Shown piece by piece: positions 36,240-46,779 of a stretch of 64,000 nucleotides of DNA (position 1 is its first letter; each line of letters opens with the position of its first letter). This DNA comes from Raillietiella orientalis (lineage: Eukaryota). The position numbers and the translations under genes are program-made. Under the pieces are notes generated by a model. That model did not search any database. It had not been told where the DNA came from and saw only the letters and a list, made by a program, of their open reading frames with translations. Location of the stretch: the NCBI GenBank assembly GCA_036172245.1, contig JAYWIR010000025.1, positions 2,666,001 to 2,730,000 on the forward strand. Reading direction: 5' to 3'.

Positions 36240-39200
36240 CGACGTGGCGGGCAGCGGACCTTCGGTAGAGAGGCGATGGGGTTGCCATAAAGGCCAGCCG
36301 CCCCCTATTTTGTGAGAAGCGCAGAGTAGGTGTGTCCCCTTTGGCGGCGTGACGGATGCTGCCAAGGAGGATCGCCCCCTCAGGAGAGGGATCCTGAACG
36401 GAAACTCTGCCTTCCCGAGGGGGAGAAGGGGCGATCGCGCTTCTTCCGGTCCGTGGGCATCTTCCTCCCGAGCACTGGTCGCCCCTCCTTCAGGAATCAA
36501 CCGGCGCCAGGGTGGTGGAAAATCGAGCCGGACTGCCGGGCACCCGACCTCCTACCAGCTCCTCTTCGGGACTTCCGCCACCCAGCAAGATGGCGCCCGG
36601 AAATTATCGGCTCCCAAGCCGGATGCTCGATCTAATCTCCGACCACCTCAGCTCCTCTCACCTTTAGGGCTCAGTGGCCACTCCGGCGCCTCCTGCCGCC
36701 TTGAGGGGCGTGGGCTACCCTGTTCGACCAGGAGCGCTCCTTCTGCTTCTCCCACCTTCCATCCCTTTCATGACTTCAGCCTTTTTCACCCACCCCCCTG
36801 TCTTGTCTATCCCTTCTGCCCTTCCATTCTTCCTGTCTTGTTCACCCCTTCCGCTCTCCCACCACGGCTTCGTCTTCCATTCCTCCTGCTGCAACCACGT
36901 CAGCACCCCTGGACCCGTGTTGTTTTCCGAGGAGATTTCCGAGGTTGCGCGCGCGATGACGGCTCCCTGACAATGGGTCGATTCTCCTGCAGTCGGAGGG
37001 GGAGGGTCCAAAGGGAGTTCATGGAAAGAAACTTGGCAGCCCCTGAGCCTCTGAGTCACGGCGGTAACGACATGGTGACACGCGGTGACGTGCGAGACGC
37101 ACGCCTCTCGCGTGCTCGGCGCGGAGGGGGCGCGAGAGGCGCGGGTGCCCCCCGAGCCGAGTCGTAGGGGGTGGGCCTTGTCCCGCTGCAGGACGGCTCC
37201 TTTTTCGAAAGGCGGGGGTCGTTGGCGCGGCAGTGGCCGCTTCTCCCTGCGGACCCGCTGCGTCCTCCGTTGGTCGCCCCGGAGGGAGCTGCTTCCGGGG
37301 CGCACTGTGTCGAGCGGGAGGGAGCATGACTCCTGCGGGCGTCCCACAGCCAGTGCGGTTCCGAGGGGCTTCAAGCGGTAGCGGCGCTGCCCTACTCCGC
37401 CAGTTCGAGAGACGCGGGCGGATCGTTCGTGGGCGTGCGGTGGGCCGCAGGGTGGGGGTGGCGGACTCTTCCTGCCCAAGGAGTGACACGGGGTCTCCAC
37501 CGCCCACGCGCATTCTACAGAGGGCTGGCACGAACACTCCAAAGAGGGATTGGGACGTTTCCGCGGGAACCTGGGTGTCCGGGGGGAGAGGATCCAGCGG
37601 CAGCCGCAGGTCACGCCGAGGGCCGACCCGGTCGAAGCCCGCGGGCGTTCTTGCGCATTCAGGTGGCATGCAGGGGGGGGGGGGGGAGAGGGCGGAGGCT
37701 TCCGGCGGTGTTTCGGAACGGTTCAAGGTCGCACAGCCGCTCGTTTCCGTGGAGACAGAAGCGAAGGGCGGAGCGCCCGGCAGCCGAGCACCGGCTGGCC
37801 GCGCCCTGAAGAGCCGACTGCTGGTCTACGGCGGCGACCGGCCGCCAATCCGTTTCGGATGAGGAGGAGCCACTGGGCTCCGCAGGCATCCTCATGGGGC
37901 ACCGGCAGGAGGGTTCCTTGAGGGATCGGGGAGGGAGTCGCGCTCCCTGTGCCCATGCAGAGGGGGTCCCACCTTCCCTGCATGCGCACGGTGCGTTGTC
38001 GCAGGAAAACTCCTCCACCAGGAGGTTCTCGCCCTCCCCCTCCTTCCCTCCCTCCCTCCCTCCGTGTTCCCGGAAGGCTTCCTCCGGATCCTGCGAACGA
38101 GTGCGAGAGCCGCTCCTGAAGGCGCCAGCCACGTTTTCGGCGCCTCCCCCTTTCGGAAAAACGAGAGGGGAAGTGGGTCGGGAGACCGAAGGTGCGTCCC
38201 GTGATCCGAGGGGGGGGGACGGGAAGGATTCCGCCCTGCCAGGAAGAAAGGGTGCGCAACTCCTCTCCTCCGGCTCTCTGCTGCGCGCACCCTCCTCCTC
38301 CCGCAGAACACACGGCGCGGCCGCCCGTGGCTCCGGACGAGGACGCCCTTCGGGGCATTCCGTTTCCGGAGGCATCCCTCGTTGCCCCTTCCGAAGGCCT
38401 CTCCCGCTGCGTTTCCAAAGTGCGGATCTGGGAGTCTGTTTCAGGAGCCGGTGGGCCGGGGACGAGGCCTGCCGGGGGTGAGACTCGAACGTCCTTCTCC
38501 AGGACCTCGGATGCGTACCCGTGTCTGCCCCGGTCCCCGCAGGGCCCTCTCATCCTCGTCCCATCCCTCCCTGGCGAAGGGACTCCCCCGCGACCGTGTG
38601 CGGAGCATCGACCTCCCTTCCCTGGCAACCCGCGAGGAAGAGTCGGAATGCTCCAGGGACGGGCGTCGTTCTCGGAGAGCGTCCCCCGGTTTCCCCTCGC
38701 CTCGAGAGTCTGGGATTCGGCTCTGCCGACTCCCATCTCTCAGGGAAGCTGCGGAGGGTGCGAGGGGGGGAGAGTGAGCTGGGCGGTATGGCGAAAAGCG
38801 CTGTTTGGGGACCGTGCACCGATGTGGGGAGAGCCACCCCGCATCAGCGGTTCCGGCTGTCATCGTCATCGCCTCGTTGCCTTCGTCATCAGTCAACGTC
38901 ACTGCCGCCACCGCCGCCGCCATCATCGTCACTGTTCGGCGTCGTCATCGGTTTCGTCACCATCGTTCATCATCGTCCTCGTCGCCTCGTCACCGTTGTT
39001 ACAACCGTTCCCGTCGCCACCGTCTCGGCAGCAACCAGCATCCTCCTCTCCTCGTTACACGGGAGACCGCGTTGCGCGGCAACGGGCGACGTGAACCTAA
39101 TCTCCGGCCCGAATCTCCCGAGAAGCCGCGCGACGGCCACAGGCCAGCGTCTCTCCTTCCCGAAAGACAAAAGCAGCAACGGTGGAGACGGCAATCGTTG

Positions 39201-39900
39201 CCATGGATCCCGAACGGAGAAGACCCAGGATACCAGCAGCGACTGCCGTCGTTCTGGGACGTCGGAAGCCCCGTAGTCCAGGGAGGAAGGGGTTGCTCTT
39301 GCCTGCTTCCAGCAAGTCGCCCGCTTGCCAGCTCCTGCGTCCTCTTCCCTCGCGCCCTGGAGGCGGGCTTGAGGGAAGGGGTAGTAGCTTCGGGCGCTTT
39401 CCGCGAGGCTCCGAAGGGAAGGGAAGGGCCGCGTCCCGGACTCCCGCATGCGCGGAGGGCAACGCGCAGCACCAGAGGACCAGCTGGATGACAGCCCTGA
39501 GACAACCTAGCCTCCACCCCAGAAGCAGGGTCACTGGCTCCGTACCTTGCGGCTCTGATCCTTTTCGGTTCCTCTCGAAAGGCTCCTCGTTCCCTCGGGG
39601 AAGAGGAGGGAGACTCGTGGTCGGAACACGAGGGGAGGGCAGGTGGATTTTGAGGAGGTCGTTCCCTGTTCCCGACAGATAATGAAGGGTCCCTGGATAA
39701 TGAAGGGTCTTCGAGAAGGATGTCCCGAGACGGTTCTTGCTCCATCTTTCGCGTCCCTTCCGGAATGCACTCCGAGACAAGCACGCAAGACGGCTGCCTC
39801 CCTCCCGAGAACGCGTTCCCAGCGAGCCCGTAGCCTGCCGGCCGCACGCGGCCCCAGGAGCTTCGGCTCTCGGTGAGCCCTGTCGAAGAGAAAGGTTAAG
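36240..39900 (+). mobile_element. DIRS-type relic, most complete copy (RT, RNase H, MT-like, tyrosine recombinase)
   Basis: Ordered: VAGS..RW..PIL..VPF, PTFHPFH..VYPFCPSILPVLFTP (~IPIHPxH..YQFxALPFGLxTAP), RVVFRGDF (~YLDD), PPPTRIL..RDWDV..GGRGS (~TDAS..GWG..GxWS), EAKGGAPGS (~NKQGGTRS), FSAPPPF (~YAFPPF), ASFSESV..WAVWRK, PSFWDV, VLFPRALEAGLRE (~FLLALAxxxRxSE), TPRQARKTAASL (~HSTR..AAS). Confidence 0.75.
38860..39050. repeat. Low-complexity (CAT/CGT/CGC)n-rich tract inside the DIRS recombinase region
   Basis: catcgtcatc...catcatcgtc...cgtcatcgg...catcatcgtcctcgtcgcctcgtcacc seen directly. Confidence 0.8.
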
Positions 39901-40249
39901 GGGGACGGGACGGTGGTGGTATACGAGGATGACCCTCGCGATTCGCTGCCATTCGGCTCTGTTCTGGCGTCTGCCTTGTCCGTCCAGGAGGGCTGCAAGA
40001 GGAGGAAGAGAGAAGGAAAGAGGGAGGAAGGGAGGAGAAGGATATGCAGACGATCTCGCCGCCATGCCAGCCTCCAGACCTCCCGAAGGAGCTCATCCGC
40101 CCTCCGTCCTCTCCTCTGGCAGTGGACCGAGCACCATGTCAACTGTATGCGGGCAATCCCCCGCCCCCGCCGCGAGGTGGAGCGCCGGAGGTTCCTGGGG
40201 CTGCAGCCGTGGTCAGGGAGAAGGGGAAGGAAAGGGCGAGGGAAGTCTG

Positions 40250-41720
40250 CAGGAATTCGGGATGGATCTGCCCCGAGCAGCTTCGCTGGCCTCCTCCTCC
40301 TCGCGCTCACCCCCGGGGGCGCATCTCCGAAGAAACTTCTGTGTCCGGATCTGCCCTGGCAATGCTTTCCCCTCCCTCGCCACGTAGCCGTCCGCGGGGT
40401 CCGCTCCCTCAGCTGTGCCCCTACCCACGAGCTACTCTGCTGGTCCCTCCAGGTCCTTTTTTGGGCATGTCTTTTCGGATGACCTCAGCTGGGTCGTCCA
40501 GAGACTCCTCTTCTGCTTCCGCCTGCTTTCCTGGGGAGAACCCACCTCACTAGCAAGGGAGAGTCCCCATACGGAGCCCCTGCGCGCCAAGCGCGCGCAG
40601 CCCCCTCTGCAAGGTCCTCCCAAAAACCCACGCTAGGGGAAAACCCACGCCGAGGGCCTTCCTTCTTTCTCAAGCCCCAGGACGCCTGGTCGTGGGGAGG
40701 AGGCGGGGGACTGACCAAACTGCTGACCAAGCTGCCGCAGCCCCGTGGGATTGCGCGCTTTCCCAGAGACGAGGTCAGCGGCGGGATCTCCCTCTGGACA
40801 CGGCCCACTGGAAGAACTCCATCCCAAGAAAGGGAAAGCGTTCCTCCGGCCCCGGGCTGAGGTTCTTCTCCTGGGTCTCATTGGGACTGGGGGGGAGGAG
40901 GCTAGGCATACCAACGCTGTGGGCGCCAGCGCCCGATCCCGGGCTGAGAATTCCGACCTTAGGCGGAGGTGCCCGTGTCCCAGGGAAACGCCCGAGTGGC
41001 TGCCCGCTGCTGTCCCGAAGAAGACTTCGACTGCACCCTGCGTCCATCGCCTCCCGTTCCTCCCAGGGGACCGACCCCTCGCGAAGTGCCAGGAGCCGCC
41101 TTGAAGGGCTGCCAGTACGCGTGCGCCTCCCCCTTGGGCCCAGCTGCCTCGGAGGCGCACGCGGGCTGACACTCCCTGTGCCCCCCAGGGAGTTCCGAAG
41201 GGAGAGGATCTTGGCGGCAGTCGCGCCTGGGACAGGGGCGGCCACTGGCCCTCGGAAGAGAGGAAGAGGGTCTGCGGGCCCCACAGGACGTACTGGTGCC
41301 CGGAGGGTCCGCGGCCCCGACCCTCCTGAGCGCGTGTGACCATCGCCAGGGGTCATCTAGATGGCGACTCTCTGCTCGGGAGGGAGCGGCCGCTCGTCGA
41401 CCTCGGCGCTCCTTCCGGAGAGGAAGTTTCACAAGCGCCCGCCAGGAGGCGCAACTCAACCTCCCTTCGCGTCTCGGGAGCGTTCTCCTCGCCCGCGCAG
41501 ATACCCGTGCGATAAGCAGAGGGGGGGATGGGTGGAGCGCTGATGGCCTCAGCCGATAGGGGGGATCTCTCCAGTCGCCTCCGCGCGCCCACGCAGGACC
41601 CTCGCCTGTGGGCGCCAACGGGGCCATGGAAACGCCCGAGGGCGGGTCCCTCTCGGTCTCCACGCGGTCGGGAGGCCAACGATCCGGGAAGAGGAGTCCC
41701 ATTCTTCGCTCGTAGGAGGC
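40250..41720 (-). mobile_element. DIRS-type RT-RNase H relic, convergent with the element at 36240-39900
   Basis: Ordered: AWARGGDWRDPPYRL..PPL, QTLFLSSEGQWPPL (~LFLVPKKxGxWRP), VLAALQGGSWHF (~SLDLKDAYFH), QEKNLSPGPEERFPFLGMEF (~EKSxLxPSQxxxFLGMx), GLRQLGQQFG, SSSWVGAQL..ATW (~ASxxGWGAHL..GxW). Confidence 0.65.
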
Positions 41721-42832
41721 CGCGCGCAAATTCCGCCGCCCTCCGGAGGGACCTCCATCATGCGTGGCGCGCGGGTCCGTGCCTGGGAACCACCCGAGGC
41801 GACGAGATGACTACGCGAGGCTTTCCGGAGCTCGCTGCTGTCTCCCGGGGCTGCCGGGTGCGCGAAGGACGTCTGCCTCTGCCCGGAGACGGCCCCTATG
41901 CGGATTCCCCGCCGGGGCGACTCACGCTCGCCTCCAGGAGCTCGTCTGGACATTCGCCGCGAGGGCGTGGCAGCCGCCGGGACGAGAGGGACTTCCATCC
42001 GTCCCTCGCGCGGGGGGCGAACCGGAGGGATTCTGGATGACCGCGTTTTCCTCCACCTTCCTTCCATCTCTGTCTCTCTCTTGGGGAAGGGGTAGGGTGG
42101 GGAATCGTTTCCTCTGTTTCCCCGGCAAGGTCCGTCGCCTACGAAGAGCGGGGTGCCCCCCCCCCCCCTTGGTTCGCAGGTGACTGCCAAACTTCCATTA
42201 CGGCACTCGCGAATGGATTGATCTTCCCGTACGCGTTTGGCACCCCTGAGTACACAGTTCGCGCTCTCTGCGAGTCCCGCGCGCATTAGCGGAGCGCTGC
42301 GTGCCGTCAGGTGTGGTGCCTCGAGCGTAGCGTCCTCCTGGGGACCCTAATAGGTCCGGCAGTGAGAAGGCCCAGGAAAGCGTCGCCGAAAGAACAGAAG
42401 GCACGACAGAAGAAGGAAGAGGGGGGTTGCGCGAACACTCGGATCTTGGAGGCGGTGGAAGAGTTTCTCGAAGAAGAGAGCTCTAGGGCTCCGACTAGGT
42501 CAGCCGAGTGAGCCGGGCGACGCCGTCTTCCACAACAGTTAGCAGGCCTCCGAGGAGCCGCCGAGGCGCTCGCGTCCCTCTGAAACTCCCACGGGGATGC
42601 GAAAAGGCAAAGGAAAACTAGTAGGTGCGACTCGGGTGGAAAGTGCTGCTGGAGATGCGCCTGCTGCAGGCCGTGACCCGCATGGCGTTCTCTGCGGTTC
42701 CCTGCAGTATGTCGACCTTCTGTCGCACTCCGAGGAGCACGGGAAAGGCCAGGAGCAAACGTAGCGGTGCGTCCGCGGCTCGCCGGGAAAATGGCTAAGC
42801 GCACCGATCCCGAAGGCACGAAAGCGGTAACC

Positions 42833-43030
42833 CCCGTTGGTGATCCGCGTGGCTGCAGCCTCCGCGCGTCGCATCACCTGACGTCATGGGTTCGAATCCC
42901 AGTCAGGGAAGCATCGATGCCGAAAACAGGGTTGGTTGCGTCGTGGGCCTCGATCCTCACCCGCAGGACGAAACTGGTTGGCCTACAGGCTTCGGGTGCA
43001 GCGGCACTGGTTGATACCCGGTCACCCCGG
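42833..43030 (+). pseudogene. tRNA(Glu/Asp)-like pseudogene or tRNA-derived SINE head (42833-42910) plus ~120 bp body
   Basis: B-box/T-arm gggttcgaatcccagtcagggaa (42888-42910) resembles the 3' end of eukaryotic tRNA-Glu (GGGTTCGATTCCCGGTCAGGGAA). The upstream tggtgatccgcgtggc is A-box-like. Acceptor and anticodon stems do not pair cleanly. A second copy lies at 24586-24750. Confidence 0.6.
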
Positions 43031-45750
43031 GTATTTATTTATAAAGAATAAACATGCATGTCTGTGGCAGGACACTTGATCCTGTCACTTTATTAATAAC
43101 CACGAGGAAGAACCTGCCGGGATCTGTCACTCAGGCCAGTGGGGTTCGCCTCGGCAGCACAGGGGAAGGGGATACAAGCAAAACGAAAAAAACTGAAACA
43201 AAAAACATACAGTCCAAAAATGGAAGGGTTGGGAAGGGTTCACTGTGTGTAGGAGGGTGTCTTCTGCATCCTTGTAAGGATGCCGGCAAGTTTCCTGTTT
43301 TAAGGTTCTCAGATGGGGCCATCTTGACGCTATCCTCATGAAGAGGACAGCAAAGTAGATGGCGTTCCTGTCGTTCTGGCCTCTGGCATTGATCCATGCA
43401 GCCACGGTCCCGCTGCGTGGGCAGCAAAGTGCTGCTGGGGATGCGGCCGGAGTGAGGGCATTGCGCAGTAAGAGGTGCTTCAGAACTTCTCTGGTGTTGA
43501 CGCCGAGAATGCGGCAAAGCGTCCCCAAAGGGGCTGGAGGGCAACACAGTCCACTAGAAGGTGAGGGAGAGATTCGTGCTGCCCGCACCTTGCCCAATTT
43601 GGATCCACACGCACCCGTGTCCAATGATGTCAGCGGGCGTTGCACGGGAGACACCAGTGCAGCAACATAAACGCCGACTCCTGCCACTTTAAGGGGAGGA
43701 AGCGAGTGTTTACGAGCACCTGGGGTCACTGCAGGTCTTCCTCCGGAATATCCAGTAGCATATTCCAGCGCAAAAATCCACGAGGTCGAGCACTCGAGGT
43801 AGCAACATCGGTGAGCTGGCCTGTCGTCCACTCGCCCAGTCCTTTCCTCCTTCCGGAGATTTGCACAGTAACCTCCCATCTAGCCTTAAGACTTCTGCCC
43901 TTGTGTTCCCTAAGGAAGGGCAGTGCTGAGGCGAGGGAGGTTCTGCTTGCCCATGCACTCTTCGCGGGATCTTCCAGGATCACCCGGAGCGCGCAGTTGT
44001 GGTTGCGCGCGTCCAGGAAACGTCGCATCTGTTCCGCTCTTGGCTCCTGGGTTCTCACCCTTCTGAGGCGGCACTGGTGGAAAGCAGATGCCCCCGTTGA
44101 CTGGACGTGGTCGGAAGTCGACCCTCTGGGGTCCTCCCAGGAATGAAGGGTCTTTCGTAATTCTTCTCCGGTGGTGAAGGTGGAGCCGCCTTTCCCCTCT
44201 CGGAGAAGGGTACCCTCCATTTTGTATCATGGAGCTGGTGTGCAGGGTTGATGCCTCTCCAGAGTGTCAAGAAGTACGCTGCTCCCTTAGGGGAACCGCC
44301 CTTCAGAGAAGTTGGGAAGCGTCCCTTTAGGATTTTCTTTAGAGGAGGAAACGGAGCGGTTCCCTTGAGGATTCCCTTCGGAGAAGAAAAGAGGAGCGGC
44401 CACCACAAACCGGAGGTCCCTAAGGAGAGAATGAGGAAGAGGAGGTTCCCTTCGGGGACCCCTCCTAAGCGCCAGAGGAACGGACTCCTTCCTCCGGAGC
44501 CTTCCTGGATGTAGAGGGTGCCCCCCTCCTGGGGTACCCCCAAGTTGAAGAGTTACATCCACCTTCGGATGGCATGGATAGCGTTAAAGAGCTTCGTGGG
44601 TCCCCCCTAAGGAGACTAACCTTTCTTCAGCACTTTGCGAAACAAAAAGAAAGTAACGCGCTCCCCAGTCACTCCCAGGATCAACTCGCATATTGGCCCA
44701 CAAGTGTGGGAGCTTCAGCTCACCTTTGGACTACCTACGCTACATCCCCTTGTAAAGGAAGCACGTCGGCGTGCAAACGGCACAGGGGTCGAGTCTAACA
44801 ACAGGGGATGCCGGCAAGAGAAGTTGGTTGACACTTGTTTGCCAAAGAGGCAAACAAGTGTCAACCAACTGCCTCTGGAACACGAGGAGGCAGCTGAGGG
44901 CGCTAGAAAGATTTGGGCCCGCATGTTGCGGCTGGAACGTCTGAGAAGAGATGGAGATCGCCTTCTCGAGGAAGGAACGTGGTCCAGCCTGAATCCAGAC
45001 CAGGCAACCCGACATCCGAGCGTCCAGAACTTCCAGAGCCACCTGTACTCTCGAGCGAGAACAGAACCATGGACCATCCAGAGAAGAGAGTGGAGTGGCA
45101 GGGAAAACAGCGAAAAACTTCGCCCTTCAACATCCAGGGTCCCATCGAAGGGTGAAAATCCTTTCACCGAAGGGAACAAATCGCCCGATTCTCCAGGATC
45201 CACCTTCGCAACCCTGTCCGTAGGCATGCAGCCTGCGCGACCTATAAATACTGCTGCTAACGGAAATCGGTCCTCGATCGTCATCCTCCCAGGAGGCGGA
45301 ACCTCCTCCTTGAATCAGAATGGTGAAACTGCACTTCCATTCTTCCGGAACTTGGTTGAACTTCGATAGAATATCGGAAGCCAAAGTCGGGATGGTGGCT
45401 TCCGGGTCCATCGTCTTCCGTCCGGAGTATGTAATCCCGACTACTCTCGGGGAAGAATTTGACTGCTCCATCAGGACCTCTTCTTGAGTAAAGGGAGTCG
45501 TTTCCAGGGGAGGAATCCGGCTTTCTCTCCCTGGAAGGATTTTCCTAGGCAGCCATCATCGGTTTCTTTGATTAACCCCGGTCGAGGATGGAAGTGTCCC
45601 CCGATAACCTCCTGCCGCGGCAGTCCCAAACTTTTTAAAATGGAGGGGAACTCCCGCGCGGCGTCTGCCGTTGCCCCGGCCGATCGGAGTAGCCCAGCGC
45701 GCACGTGACCGCTTCGCCCTCTGCTCAAGTGATCTCGCGCTCGCCAAGCA
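43030..45750 (-). mobile_element. NeSL/Utopia-like RLE non-LTR retrotransposon relic, RT to 3' end
   Basis: Best-preserved protein signal in the window: PFTQEEVLMEQSNSSPRVVGITYSGRKTMDPEA..FNQVPEEWKCSFTILIQGG..GPISVSSSIYR (RT domains 0-1), PSVKGFSPFDG, VAWSGF..VP, TPVPF..RGCSV, FVSQSAEE..HPKVDVTLQLGGTP, ELRKTL, RLE-like C-terminus, then AATAAA-containing AT-rich 3' end at ~43033-43094 on the minus strand. Confidence 0.85.
44822..44870. repeat. Perfect hairpin, 22-bp stem and 5-nt loop
   Basis: agttggttgacacttgtttgcc-aaaga-ggcaaacaagtgtcaaccaact. Confidence 0.97.
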
Positions 45751-46779
45751 CGGGATAAGCGCGGGCGCAACAGAAGCAAAAGTGAAAGGAGGAGGAAAAG
45801 TGGCGACCCCTCACTCCCTCCCTCCCTCACCACCATGAGCGAGAATGTCCTCCGAGGATTACGAGCAAGCGCTCAAGGCCCTGACGCCTGGTCAGTGCAC
45901 ACGGGAGAAGGAATGAAGGAGGATAGAGGGGGCAGGGGGTGGGGAGACCAGTGGGGGATGGCTCCCGTCGGCGAGCCTCCTGAGAGACTTGACGGTTCCG
46001 AGCCCCGCGACCCCGGGAATGCAGCCGGCTCCCTTGCGTTTGCCGACTCGGCGCTGGTGGGGGCATTGCCAGGGGCGACAGAGGAATCAATGGATGGATA
46101 GAAGGGGGTCAAGGGCTCGTCACTGGCAGTAGCATTTTCTTCACGAAGCAGGAAGTGGGGGAGCCCTCCCCTCCCTTGAAGTTCGGAGGAGCTATTCGAG
46201 GGAGAGAGGGAGGCGGGCATCTCTCGGCGTCTCACTTTTGAAGGGACCTCCGGGAGTCTCGGCTCCTCTCGGCCGAGGACTCCGCGAAAATCCCGCGCTT
46301 CCCCCTAGCGCCTAATGTTCCTGTTCTCGAGGAAGGAAGAAGCGGTGGAGGCGGGGAGGACGGAAGGTCCATCGAGAGGAGCTCCCTCAACGTCATCTCC
46401 GCGTTTGCCGAACGACTCGCCCGCGGGTCGCCGATTCTCCGCTTCGCGGAAGATGAGAGGATCCCAGCAGGCGCGGCACTGCCGACGGCCTGCGACTACC
46501 TCCGAACTGATGCTCAGTCGGGCTTCGCGGAGAGGGAGGGTTCCTCTGGAGCCCGTCTTGCGAAGTCGGCAAAAGATGCGGGATGAAGGATGCGCACGGA
46601 CCCATCCTTCGGTGACCGGCAGGAGGAGAGGGGGGGGGGAGACGGAAGAGGAGGAGAAAGAGGGCGAAAGGAGGTTCCAGAAAGCGGTCGCGTGTCCCGC
46701 CCTCGGGAGACGCAGCCGGCTCGGCGCGTCCTTCGATCTGTTCCCGAGGGAGTGCTCCGGAAGGGTGCGGCGCGACGGC

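Noticed and set aside
42833..42910. Functional tRNA gene
   Set aside because: Only the T-arm/B box and 3' end are convincing; acceptor, D and anticodon stems do not pair properly.
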